Positions 1 through 12,051 of a stretch of 64,000 bases of DNA are shown here, piece after piece. The stretch covers positions 115,260,001-115,324,000 of the forward strand of contig NC_087436.1 of the NCBI RefSeq assembly GCF_036321535.1, read 5' to 3'. A program made the translations under genes and the position numbers. The stretch is from Camelus dromedarius. Lineage: Eukaryota. Under the pieces are notes generated by a model. The model ran no database searches. It saw only the letters and a list, made by a program, of their open reading frames with translations, and had not been told where the DNA came from. Every line of letters begins with the position of its first letter. Position 1 is the stretch's first letter.

Positions 1-369
1 GATAATGCCATTCAAAACTCCCTGAATTGGAACACGACAAGCCCTGCCATTGAACTGCGGGTACGATACTGACACTGTCAGATTCCAGGTTCATGTTAGT
101 AACATCAACCTGGGCATTGTTTAAAGTTAATCTGATTCTTTGTCCAAGTATTTCTGTCTCCTAGTAAACTGTGGGTCCCAGAATAGTACAAACAGTGCTA
201 TATTCATTACTATGTTCATGCTACATTGTTGAACAAATAGAAGGCACTCAATCAAGGTTAGTTAAAGTTAGAAAGAAGGTAGGGAAGGTGGGAGGAGGAA
301 AGAAGAGAATTCATCAAATAAGACATAAAACGCCCAACTTAACAACAAATCTTGAGATTATTCTGTCAT

Positions 370-670
370 TAATTCATCAAATACTCACTGAACACTTACA
401 ATTTCAGAATCCATGTAACAAAGAGAATTCCTCTAGTCCTAGTCTTGAGCAGCCTACAGTTAGGAAAAAGTAATGGGATATAAATAAATACAAAATCATG
501 GTAGCGCATGATTAATTTTATAATAGAGTCAGATTAAGGGACTTGAATGGAAGGACTTCATAGGAGGCGCCAGGTGTCAAGGCACAGGAGGATGTTAGGA
601 AGAGGGGCAACATCTGAAAAAGCAAAGAGGTAAGTGAGAGGTGGAATATTTTGGAAACAAATAACATAGA
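370..670 (-). mobile_element. L2 LINE 3' fragment (ancient)
   Basis: Degenerate 'attcatcaaatactcactgaacacttac...' start and purine-rich body typical of the reverse-strand L2 3' end. Confidence 0.55.
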
Positions 671-1940
671 TATGGTAAATTATTTTACTTTTCCTGATTT
701 TCTCTCTCCTTCTGTAAGAGATGCATTTCCGAGTGTTGCTATGTGACTTTTGGTGCCTCTTTCCAGTGTAGTAGATGCCTGCAAATCGTTTTTGTCAAAA
801 CTGGCCCTATGACTTGCTGTGACCGATGGAAGGACAATGGAGGTGACCTTGTCATAACCAAACAGAAGCTTTAAGAGCCCCATGTGGTTTGGATGTTGTT
901 TTCTTTTCACCATGAGACTGAGTTATGGGCTTGTTCTTAGAGCTGGGCTGTGAGTTAAACAACAACCTGCAGCTCTGACGTGTAATACAGGCAAGAGATA
1001 AACCTGTGTGGCTAGAAGCCCCCGAGATATAGGATTTGTTATATATTATCACAGTATAACCTAATGAAAGCTTACTAAAGTAGTCATCAAAATGATTAAC
1101 CTCGTCCACTGCCAGTGGCTATGGCCACTCTAAGTGTATAATTATGTACACTGTAGTCATTATTGTGGGTGTATAACCTCCGAACACAACCACACACAAC
1201 CCTCCCACACACACAGCTGTCAAACTGATGTGCAGTTAAACTACAAACTAAATTTCTTCAGTACTTGGTGCAGATCTCTCCCTGGAGTATCACATCCATA
1301 TGCTTTTACCACTTGTGGACTGTGCTGTCCCACGTGAATTGTTTCTAGATTTTTTTTATTCATAAACATCACTTATAATCAGAAATATACTGATCTTAAA
1401 TTAATTTAAACCTGCTATCCTAAATTTCAGTATGATGATGAATTAGATTATAGTGATATTTATTTTAGGTTAATAACTAATGTTATTAGCAACAAGCTCA
1501 CAAAATTAAAAAAAGCTGGAGTACGTGGTATTGTATAGTGAAGGGTGAACTGACAGTATCAAAAGGATTGCCCAACTTGGCTTGTGGTAGTCAACCAGGG
1601 TCCTGGACCACAATAGGTAGAAGAATAGCTACAAGTTATCCCCAACAAAGAAGATTTCACACACTTAGGTTCATGGTTTAGACAACTGGAAGTTCCTCAG
1701 TGTTTCCAACAGAAAGAAAATTTTGTTTTTGGTTTTTCTGTAGACAATTCGCTGTGTATCCACTAATGTTATTCCATAAGCAAATGACAACAGCCCTCAT
1801 GAGAGTTTGTTGAGACCCCAAAGCTGAATGAAACAAGAGGAGAGGGAAGTGAATTGGGACATGATGTGACAGATCACATGGAGGTATCCATGGCATTTCT
1901 AGACACGTGGAGCAGATCCTTTTCTTTTCTTTTTCTTCTA

Positions 1941-2620
1941 AAACCACATGACCCAGCAATCCCACTCCTGGGCAAATATCCAAAGGGGATTTTAAATCAA
2001 AAAGATGCACGTACCCCAGTGTTCATAGCAGCACTGTTTACAATAGCCAAGACATGGAAACAGTCTAAATGTCCATTGAAGGATGACTGGATTAAAATGT
2101 TGTGATATATATATAAATGTGATATATATATAAAATGGAATACTACTCAGCCATATAAAAGATTAAAATAATGCCATTTGCAACATAGATGGACCTGGAG
2201 ATTGTTATTCTAAGTGAAGTAAGCCAGAGAGAGAAAGAAAAATACCATATGACATCACTTATATGTGGAATCTAAAAAAAAAAAAAAGACAAATGAACTT
2301 ATTTACAAAACAGAAACAAACTCACAGACATAGAAAACAAACTTATGGTTACCAGCGGGGAAAGGAGTGGGAAGGGATAAATTGGAAGTTCAAGATATGC
2401 AGATCCTGACTACTATATATAACATAGATAAACAAAGCATTTCTACTGTATAGCACAGGGAACTATATTCAATATCTTATAGTAACCTATAATGAAAAGA
2501 ATATGAAAAGGAATAAATGTATGTATGTGTATGACTAAACTATTATGCTATACATCAGAAATCAACACAACATGGTAAACTGACAATAGTTCAATTTAAA
2601 AAAAAAAGAATAAAAAAAGA
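1941..2620 (+). mobile_element. Camelid-type L1, 5'-truncated (ORF2 C-terminus + 3'UTR + polyA)
   Basis: ORF 1854..2105 reads PHDPAIPLLGKYP...PVFIAALFTIAKTWKQSKCP..DDWIK, the L1 ORF2 C-terminus; 3'UTR ends 'catggtaaactgacaatagttcaatttaaaaaaaa'. Confidence 0.92.
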
Positions 2621-3445
2621 AAATCAATTGACCCTAAATGTATAGGTTTAGTATGGACTCTAAATTCTACTCCACGGGTCTCTGTATCTATTTATATACT
2701 CTACCAATATCACACAGCCTTGATTGCTGTAGCTTTGTAATAAATTTTGAAATTGCAAAATGTGAATCCTGCAACTTCAGTTTTCTTTTTCGAGATTGGA
2801 CAATTCTGGTTCTCTTGTATTTACACATGAATGTGAGAATCAGTTTGTTAACTTCTGTTGAGAAGGCAGCGGGAACCTTGAAAGAAGTTGTACTGAATCT
2901 GTGGAGCTACTTGATAATGATTTCCCTCTTAATAATATTAAATATTATTAATAATATTCAATATTCTAGTATCTTTAGAATTAAGAATATTCTAAATATT
3001 TCTTAATAATATTAAAAATTCTAGTACATGAATATGAATGTCATTCCATTTATTTAAGTCTTTTTAAAATTTCTTGCAATGATTTTTGCACTTTTCAATG
3101 TATAATTCTTGCAACTTTTGTGCTATTTTTATTTCTAATTATTATATTCTTTTTCATGCTATTGTAATTTTTTTAATTTAAAATTTAGGTTTTGATTGCT
3201 ATTGCATAGCAATATAGCTGATTTTATACTGATATTTTCAGTATTGCTGCATATGTTTTCAGCTCTAATAGTTCCTTTGCAGATTCTTAGGACTGTAAAA
3301 GATAATGGCTTCAGAAAATAAACATAGTTTTACTTCTTCCCTTTTAATTTGGATGGCTCCCCCCAACCCATCATTACTTTCCTAGAACCTCCACTACAAA
3401 GTGGAATAGAAGTCCTTACAGCAGAAGTCCTTGTCTTGGTGAAAT
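2621..3445 (-). mobile_element. Old L1 (L1M-type) ORF2 fragment; part of a broken element extending to ~8510
   Basis: 'cttgattgctgtagctttgtaataaattttgaaatt', 'tagttttacttcttccc', 'ccttgtcttg' match antisense L1 ORF2. Confidence 0.8.
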
Positions 3446-3449
3446 GATA

Positions 3450-5098
3450 TATATGTAGCTGGTAGGCTGGTTATGTTTCCTGACTTTGGAAAAGTGGCCT
3501 TTTGTAGGAGACGTCCTCTGAGTTCCAGCAGCACACTCCCATCTGGCCACCCGAGCTATACGCTCTAGGGATGACCCCTGTGTGGGCTGCATGGGTTCTT
3601 TTGTCGTGGTGAGCTGAACTACTGTAGGAGTTGGTGGCCCCCAGTCTGGCCTTGCCTTGTGTGGAGGCTGCTTTGCCACTGGTCGGCAGCGCAGGGTCAC
3701 GAGGAGGCTGGCTGCAAAACCCTGAGGGGCCCTGGAAGTAATGTTAGCTCACTGGTGGGCAGAGTCAGGGTCCAGGAGATTCCAGGGCTGGTGCCTCCCA
3801 CCAGTGGATGAAGTCGGGTCCTGGGACTAGTGTCAGCCAGCTAGCAGGCAGAGCCAGGTACTGGGGTCTAGCTATAAGGCTCCAAGGATCCAGAGCTGGT
3901 GTCAAGACCCTGGTGTGTGGGGCTGGTTTCTGACACAGCTGGCTGTGGGTTTTGTGGTGTCCCAAAGCTTGCATTAGCCTGCTAGTGGGTGATGCATGGG
4001 CCCAGGGTGATGCATGGGCCCAGGCTGATGCAGGCTTGCTGGTGACAGGGCTGGGTCCTGCTATGGCAGGCTGTGGGGCTACAGTTGTCCTGGGGCTGGT
4101 GCCTACCCACTGGTGAGTGAGGCTGGTCCTGGGATTAGAGTAGGTTTGCTGTTGGATGAGGCTGAGGCCCAGGAGAGTCTGGAACTTGTATCTGCCTATT
4201 GGTCACTGGAGGTTGGTTCTGGGGTCTCTGGCTGCAGGGCCCTTGGGATTCCAGATCTGGTGCCTGTGCACTGGTGTGTGGGACTGGGTCTTGGGCCCTC
4301 TGGTGGGCAGGGCCATGTCCAAGGGTGGTTGTGGGATCAGGAGGTCTTAAGGAAACTGGTTTGCTGATGGGTGGAGCTGTGTCCCCACCTAGTTAGTTGC
4401 TTGACCTGAAATGCCCCAGTACTAGTGCCTATAGGCTGGTAGGTGGAGCAGGGCTGGGTCCCAAGTCTAAAAAGCTAGAAAGAGAACTCCAAAATGGCAC
4501 TTTCTAGCACAGCGTCCACATAGACCGAACTCCGAACTCCCCAAAATGGCTTCCCCAGTGTCTGTGTCCCCATGGTGAGTCCAGTTGCTTCCTTCCTCTC
4601 TGGGAGAATTTCTAAGATCAGCAAATGGGTCTGAACCAGGCTCGATTCAAATTACTGCTTCCATCTTGGGTCCCAGAGCATTTATGATTTTGTGTGCAAC
4701 CTTTAAGAGCGGAGTTTCTATTTCCCACAGCCCTTTGTCTCTTTTGAAATTAATCCATGCTGGTCTTCAAAGCCAACTTTCTAGGGGCTTGTCTTCCCAG
4801 GGCAGAACTCTTGGGCTGGAGAGCCCAATGTGAGTTTCAGACCCCTCACTTCTTGGGGAGAATCTTTGCAATTTTAGTTATTCTCCCGTTTGTGAGTTGC
4901 CCCTCCTGGGTTATGGGTCTTGACTGTACTGTGATTCCACTCCTCCTCCCTGTCTCCTTGTGGTTCCTTCTTTATATCTTTAGTTGTAGAGGTCTTTTCC
5001 GGTAGGTTCTGATCTTTCTCATCAATGGTTTCTCTGAAAGTAAGTTGTAATTTTGTTGTGCCCATGAAAGGAGTTGAACTCAGGGTCTTTCTACTATT
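3450..5098 (-). mobile_element. Cetartiodactyl-type L1 5'UTR without ORF1/ORF2
   Basis: GC/TG-rich block containing 'gtggccttttgtaggagacgtcct...gagctatacgctctaggg' and ending 'gaactcagggtctttctact', as at the antisense L1 5' terminus; CpGs decayed to TG/CA. Confidence 0.75.
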
Positions 5099-5100
5099 CC

Positions 5101-5404
5101 AGGAGACAGAATCTTTAAAGAGGCATCAATTAAAATGAGGTTATTGGTGGATCGTAAGCCAATATGACTAGTGTCTTTGGAAGAAAAGGAAATTTGGACA
5201 CAGATATGGGCATAGAAAAGATCATGAGAAGACACAGGAAGAAGATAACCATCTATATGCCAAGGAAAAAGGCCTTTGAAGAAACCAACCCTGTGAACAC
5301 CTTGATCTAGACATCTAGATCCAGAATGTTGGTAAATGAATTTTTGTTGTTTGAGTTACCCACTTTTTGGTCCTTTCTTATGGGAGCCCTAGCAAACTAA
5401 TACC
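5101..5404 (+). mobile_element. MaLR LTR, MLT1B-like, 5' part missing
   Basis: 'aaggaaatttggacacaga', 'gaagaaaccaaccctgtgaacaccttgatct', end 'gagccctagcaaactaatac'. Confidence 0.85.
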
Positions 5405-6580
5405 AGCACTTTTTATAATTTTTAATATAGGCATTAATAGCTATACATTTCCATCTAACTCTGCTTTTAATGTAGCTCACAAATTTTGATATGATGTGTT
5501 TTCAGTTTCATTCATTTCAGTGTATTTTCTAATTTTTTTTTGTGATTTCTTCTTTGACCTTTTGATTACATAAGAGTGTGTTGTTAAACTTCCACATATT
5601 TGTGTATTCCCTAAATTTCCACCTTTTATATATTTCTAGTTTCTTACCATTTTAATAGAGCAATCCACTTTGTATGATTTTAATCCTTTTAAAGTTATTG
5701 ATGCTTGTTTTATGGGCTAATATGTGGTCTATCCTGAAAAATATTCTTCATGTTCTTTCAGCACTTGAAATGTCATCTCTGACCTCATACTTTTAAAGAA
5801 ATCAGTTAATCTTATTGGGGAGTCCTTGTACATGGTAAGTCACTTCTCTCCTGCTGCTTTCCAAATTCTCCTTGTCCTTGATTCATCTATTTGATTATGA
5901 TGTGTCTAGGTGTGGATTTCTATTGGTTTATCTTACTTGAATTTCTTTGAAATGTCTGCACTTGTAGATTTAAGCTTTTCATCAAGTTTGGGAAGTTGTT
6001 GGCCTTTATTTCTTCAAATAGTATTTTTTGTCTTTTGGTTTCTCATCTCCTGTGGGACTCTAAGATTCCCTTATGTACATGTGATATGCTTGATTGTGTC
6101 TGACAATTTCTATGTCTCTTTATTTCTCTTTATTTTTACTTCCTTTTTATTCTTTAGAATGAATAATCCCAATATAATCATCTTCATGTTTGCAGAGTCT
6201 TTCTTTTTCCTGCAGAAATACGCTATAGAACTCCTCTAAGGATTGTTTTTCATTTCAGTTATTATACTTTTTAACTTCAGAATGCCTGTTTGTTTGTTTG
6301 TTCTTACTAATTTCTATTTCCTTATTTATATTCTCTATTTGGTGAAACATCATCCTTATACTATGCTCTAGTTTTTTAGATAAGTTTACATGTTGTTCTT
6401 AGAAAATATTTAAAATAGCCTACTTTTCAATCCTGTCTGGTGAGTCTCATACCTGGACTTCCTCAGGTACAGTTTCTATTGATTTGTTTACTTTTTCTTG
6501 TGTCTGGGCTATATACTCTGTTGTTGTTTCTTTGAAAATTTCATATTTTTGTTAAAAACAAATGTTTAAAACAATATAAT
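5405..6580 (-). mobile_element. Old L1 ORF2 N-terminal and ORF1 fragments
   Basis: 'ggcattaatagctatacatttcc', 'tttgattatgatgtgtctagg', 'ttttcatcaagtttgggaagtt' are antisense L1 ORF2/ORF1. Confidence 0.8.
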
Positions 6581-7550
6581 GTCATACAACTCAATAACAA
6601 ACAAATAAACAAAAAACAAACAACCTAGTCAAAACCTGGACAGAAGACCTTACAAACATTTCTTTAATGAAGACATACAGATGGCCAATAGGCACATGAA
6701 AAAATGCTCAATGTTGCTAATTATCAGAGAAATGCCAATCAAAGCTCCAATGAGATATTACCTCACACTGGTCAGAATGGTCATCATTAAACAGTGCACA
6801 AACAATAAATGCTGGAGAGGATGTGGAGAAAAGGGAACCCTCCTACACTGTTGATGGGAATGTAGTTTGGTGCAGCCATTATGGAAAACAGTATGGAGAG
6901 TCCTTTAAAATCTAAAAGCAGACCTACCATATGATCCAGCAATCCCACTCTTGGGCATATATCCAGAAGAAAAACTACATTGGCAAGATACATGCCCCTC
7001 AATGTTCATAGCAACACTATTTACAATAGCCAAGATATGGAAGCAAACAAAACGTCTATTGACAGATGATTGGATAAAGAAGTTGTGTTATATATACAAT
7101 GGAATACAACTCAGCCATAAAAAAGAACAAAATAATGCCATTTTCAGCAACATGAATGGACCTGGAGATTGTCATACTAAGGAAGTAAGCCAGAAAGAGA
7201 AATAAAAGTACTATATTTTATCATTTATATGTGGAATTTAAAAAAGGACATAAATGAACTTTTTTACAAAATGGAGGCAGACTCATAGACATAGAAATAA
7301 ACTTATGGTTACCAGGGGGGAAATGGGGTCGGGAGGGATAAATTGAGAGTTCAGAATTTGCAGATACTAACTACCATACATAAAATAAAAAAACAAGGTC
7401 CTGCTGTGTAGCATGGGGAACTATATTCAATACCTTGCAATAGCCTATAATGAAAAGGAATATATTTATATATACATCTGAATTACTATGCTGTACACTA
7501 GAAATTAACATAACATTGTAAATCTATTATACTTCAATAAAAAAAGAAAG
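6581..7550 (+). mobile_element. Camelid-type L1 3' end (~970 bp) nested in the older L1
   Basis: ORF 6951..7205 GIYP...CPSMFIATLFTIAKIWKQ (ORF2 C-terminus); polyA at ~7540; degenerate TSD aaacaatataat (6569-6580) / aaataatataaa (7558-7569). Confidence 0.92.
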
Positions 7551-7569
7551 CTCAGATAAATAATATAAA

Positions 7570-8510
7570 GCGACAATTCTGTAAATCAACCTCTCTTCTC
7601 CCAAGATTTGTTGTGTGTGACCACTGAAATTGCTGTTCTGTTAACTAAGAGTTAGCTAATGTTTGTACACAGATTTTCTTGAATCCCTGTAACCAATAAG
7701 TCTCCCAGTCTTTGCCGAAGGGCTCTGTATGCACGCTGCGTATACTTTAAACACTCAGATAGACAAGCGACACCTGTACCTTCTAATTCACTTCTTACTT
7801 CTGCAGAGCTTCAAACTTAGGCAAGATGGGAGTTCGAACCTTTTCAGAAGAGTATGTGCAAATACCTGGGCATATACTCAGCCCTACACATGTAAAAGGC
7901 ATTACCAGGAATACAATGAAGCTTTTCAAGGCACCATGCACAGCTCATTCTCCAGCTGTTTAATTAAGCGTTTTGATTAGTTTATTGACCCAACTGTTAT
8001 TCACTGTCTCAGGAAGCTGCAAAACTAAAAATTTTCCTATAATTGTTTTTGACAGCCCAAAGAAAAGATTTTTCATACTGAACAACCTCTGAGTAAAGTC
8101 ATGTAAGGACAATGTTTCACTTGGGACTTCCAGGGAAATACTAGACAGGTCAAATAATGTCAGTACTCTGAGAATGAGGTTTTGAAGGACATCTATCCTC
8201 ATTTTACCACCTCTGGACGCTGTCAGGTTGCTGGTTTTTACTGTGATGGCAAGATGTTGATTTATAAGGTCATCACAGAACTGAAGAGCAGGAGAATGGA
8301 GTAGGGAAAGTTAGACACCACAAATTTCACAGTTTTTACCAAGAATACACCATTTTTCTTTAAATTAAAAAATCTTGAATCTTTGCAAGCTTTTGGCTAA
8401 TTTCCAGAATCCTGAAAAATTTGACTCTGAAAATTTATGCCAGTTATTTGTTGCCTTTATGGAAAAATAAATTTTGCAAGTCCTTAGTCTTGCCATTTTC
8501 ACTGACATCC
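7570..8510 (-). mobile_element. Old L1M 5'-end region
   Basis: 'tctcccagtctttgccgaagggctctgt', 'ttggctaatttccagaatcctgaaaaatttgact', end 'gccattttcactgacatc' resemble antisense L1M 5' ends. Confidence 0.65.
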
Positions 8511-9329
8511 TTCTCAGATGACATTTTTAACATCACATTTCCTCTACGCAACTAAATTATTTTCAGTAATAAATAATTGTAACAATCATTCTTTTCTTTT
8601 TTGTTACTTTGAAAACAAATCATGCCCAATTTTAAAAGAACATATTTCAATGATAAAGATACTGTTTACATTCAGCAAACTAATTTTCTGTATGAAGCAA
8701 AACTTGCATTTACCAAATAAAAAGATGACACTTCACATGGTGTTTTACTGTTTAAAACACAAATAAATATCCCAAATGTTCATATAGAATTAGAGGACTG
8801 AAGAAACTCAAGTGGTGTTTCTTCCATTTTATGATCAGTGCGCTGTCATTGTTTATTTTGAACACACCCTTTTAGTGCAGAAATGGGACATGCCAAAGGG
8901 CTGGAGACCTGAAGTCCCCCCAGTGAGCTGGAACTAGTCTGCATCCTTGGGAACTCACTCATGTCCTCATTCTCAAATAGAACACGTTTAACGCCTCCAT
9001 CTGTGTGTGTCAGGGGCTGACGGAATTAAGTGGAGATGTACAAATTAACTTTCTATAAGAAATATAATGTTTATTAAAGAATAAATATCAAATGTGTACC
9101 AATTTGAATCTCACCTATATGCTACTAGAACTCAGGAATAACTGCAGCGTTCCTTTATGCTAACATTCGTCAGAATATGTGCTTTTATCGCCTGAGTTGG
9201 GGTGCATGTCTTCCCACCCCTGGCACCTGGTGTGCCGTCCTGATGCGCACCCTGCTTTTCCTCTCCCGAACTCCGCACAGGCATGGCATCTCTCCCCCGA
9301 GCCTCCTTACCAGTCTTATCTCTGCGCAG

Positions 9330-9645
9330 TCTCTTCTTCTCTTTATAATCTTTCTTCATCTAATTCCAGCTGTTTGTTCCCGCTTTTGCTAAGGTAGCAC
9401 ATTCTCAGAGAAGAGTTCCTGACCCCCCACCACCTCCACACCCAAATCTGCTTAGGTGTCTGTGCTCTGATAGCAAGCATCTTGTTGGTACCTGTGTTTT
9501 CCACTTACCGTACAGTATCTGCATTGTCTGTGCACTTGTCTCTCTTTCAAAGGCGGGACGTAAATTCTATTTTGTTTTATTAACAACTAATGGTGCTTGT
9601 CACATATCAGTAATATAATCGTTATTTTTGGAAGGAAGGATGGGA
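9330..9645 (+). mobile_element. L2 3' fragment
   Basis: 'ctcagagaagagttcctgacc...ggtgcttgtcacatatcagtaatataatcgttatttttggaaggaagga'. Confidence 0.5.
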
Positions 9646-10699
9646 AAAGGACCTCTGTTGCTCACTGAAATGATTTTTAGAGCCGTACAAAGTGGAAGGA
9701 TCAGAGTAGTTAATGTGGTTAAGTATCGGTGGCCAGCATACACACCAATTTCTAGCCTTTCAGTTTATATTTATTCCCTAAGTGTGAGTTTATCATTGAA
9801 AGGTATTTCTCAAAGTGTGAGCAATAACTCCCTTAGGAAAATGTTTCTTCATAAAACGTGGAAGACACATGAAACTTTTATAACTGCCTTGGCAGTAGGC
9901 AGAGTGCTACACTAGAAATATAAGATTACTCAAAGATGGGACATTAAGTGGAACACGGTTTGAGTTATGTAAGGCTGATGACAGAAATATCTTTGTAGAC
10001 TTAAAATAAAACAATAAGTAATACATCGTGTGCTCATGATTAGATATTATTACATTCTCATAACGGTAAGTTACATTAAAGCACTTATAACATTTCATTC
10101 AAATTATCCAAATTTGTAAAAATACTGGAAATATAAATATGAAAAATTTTAAGTACTTGTAATTTCACTGTCATTTTTTTCTTATATCATCTCAATTTTT
10201 TCTCTTTATAACCAATTTTTATTTTTTAATTTTTACTCATATTTATAATACACATTTTAAATTTATTTTAACAAAATTTATATCATATTATATACATTAT
10301 TTTACTCTTCCCTACCATATTATCTGAATTTGTCTAAATCACCTAATATCCTTTAAAATATTATTTTACAGTTATTAGTTTGATAAAATGTGTTCAATCA
10401 TTTCCTTTTTTTAAACAGGTGGTTTCCTTTTAAAAAATATTGCTAATATATGAAAACAGAAATATTCATAATTTTAGGATATTTTGCTTATATCTTGGAT
10501 TTTTTTTAATCTTGGATTTTTTAACGATAAATTCTTTAAAGTGGTATTTATCTTTTGAAGTTTATTTAAACATTTTATTACTCTTGGGAAATAGTCTAAT
10601 TAGTAGCAAAACAGTTTTATCAATTACATTGAAAGTTATGAAATATCCTATTTACACTTTAATTTTTATATCTGTAAAATTTGTCCTCTTTTCTCACTG

Positions 10700-11400
10700 G
10701 CCACTCATGTTCAGTATCTTTTACTCTTTTCTCAGGTCTTTAAACACTAGAATGCTTTAATATTTAGTCCTTAGATTTATTTTTCATTGTCAGATTTACT
10801 CTAGGTTATCTCATTAATTGAATTAATTTATGTGCCTTAACCTGATGACTCCAAAGTGTTTATCTCAAGTCCTGTCTCTCCCAGTGGATTCCACACTCAG
10901 TTATCCACCTGTCTATGAGATCTGTCCAGTGCCTAATATAAATCTCAAACTTAGCATTTTCCAACCCTGACTCTTCTTTTCTACCTGTACGCAAATTTGC
11001 TTCTGTCTCAGTTATTCCCATCCCAGTAAATAATAAATCTAAACTTTAGAAGGTGTGTGGATCAAAAACTTAAACCATTCTTGGATAATTCCTCTCCCCA
11101 CATTTACAGACAATCCATCATAAAGCAGATGCTCTTAGCTTTAACTTCAGACTTCTCTTCACCAACCAATTTCTGTAACAAATATCACCTTCACTCACCT
11201 ATTCCACTGCAGTGGTGTCCTAGATTTTCTTTACTTCAGCCTTGATCACCCCTCTCATAGCATACACACACACACAGTTTTCCACATTTCTGTATGACTG
11301 AGACTTAAAATATCACACCAGTTGGAATCCTCCAGTGCTAGCCTTTCTCATAAAGAGGGAGATTTAAATGTTTACAATGCTTTATAAGGTACCACAAATT
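10700..11400 (+). mobile_element. L2 (L2a-like) fragment
   Basis: 'ctgatgactccaaagtgtttatctcaagtcctg', 'tatccacctgtct', 'atctcaaacttagcat', 'caatccatca' are L2 hallmarks. Confidence 0.75.
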
Positions 11401-11409
11401 TTTGGTCTA

Positions 11410-11745
11410 CTATAGTAGTCTTGCTATCACACAGACTTCTGCCCCAGGCTGTTCCAGTATTTCAGAAAACAATTTGATTGGGAACTCATTGGCTGCACAG
11501 ATTACTTTATGGAGAATAGGCATTTTTTCATTATTTAGTTTTTCTATCTTAGAATGAGCTATATGTATTTTCCTGTTTTTCTTTTCTAAATATGTCCTGT
11601 AGGAAAGCTGTATTGTTTTTTCCCACAAATGAGTCTGTACATTTCTTATATTTCTCTCTATGTTTATAGTTTTTGTTGTTATTCTTAATGTTCATGCAAT
11701 CTTTTTTTCCTATTACACTTTCTAATTAATTATTACCTGACTATA
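11410..11745 (-). mobile_element. Old L1 ORF2 fragment
   Basis: ORF 11410..11628(-) contains IEKLN.EKMPILHKVI...NEFPIKL, similar to the L1 ORF2 'IVKMAILPK.IYRFNAIPIK' region. Confidence 0.65.
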
Positions 11746-11746
11746 T

Positions 11747-11962
11747 CCAGGTTTTTCAATCTTGGAACAATTGGATACTTCCAGCCAGATAATTCATTGT
11801 CCTGGCAGGCTGTTCTGTACATTGCGGGTGTTTAACAGAATCCTTGGCCTTAATGCGATAGATGCCAGGAGCATTGCCCCAACTTGGATAACTAAAAAAA
11901 TGTCTCCAGACATTGCCAAGTATCTTGTGAGGCACAATATTGCCTGTAGGTGAGAAGCACTG
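11747..11962 (-). mobile_element. MER20 (hAT-Charlie DNA transposon)
   Basis: 'aatgtctccagacattgccaag', 'tagatgccaggagca'; termini ccaggtttttcaa / tgagaagcactg. Confidence 0.9.
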
Positions 11963-11991
11963 TTCTTTATGAAAGTCCAGAGTGCTTCTTC

Positions 11992-12051
11992 TTTTCTTCT
12001 TTTTTTTTTTAAGTATAGTCAGTAACAATGTGTCAATTTCCAGTGTACAGC
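11992..12051 (-). mobile_element. Very short camelid L1 3' tail
   Basis: polyT followed by 'aagtatagtcagtaacaatgtgtcaatttccagtgtacagc', antisense to the tails at 2560-2600 and 23680-23730. Confidence 0.8.

Noticed and set aside
1..160. Open frames at the window start (+ DNAIQNSLNWNTTSPAIELR; - ETEILGQRIRL...FEWHY after an AG)
   Set aside because: No recognisable protein, weak splice signals, and the putative minus-strand acceptor overlaps L2-like sequence.
719..842. Exon-like segment after pyrimidine tracts (e.g. VVDACKSFLSKLAL*)
   Set aside because: No family match that I can support and no partner exons; needs a homology search.
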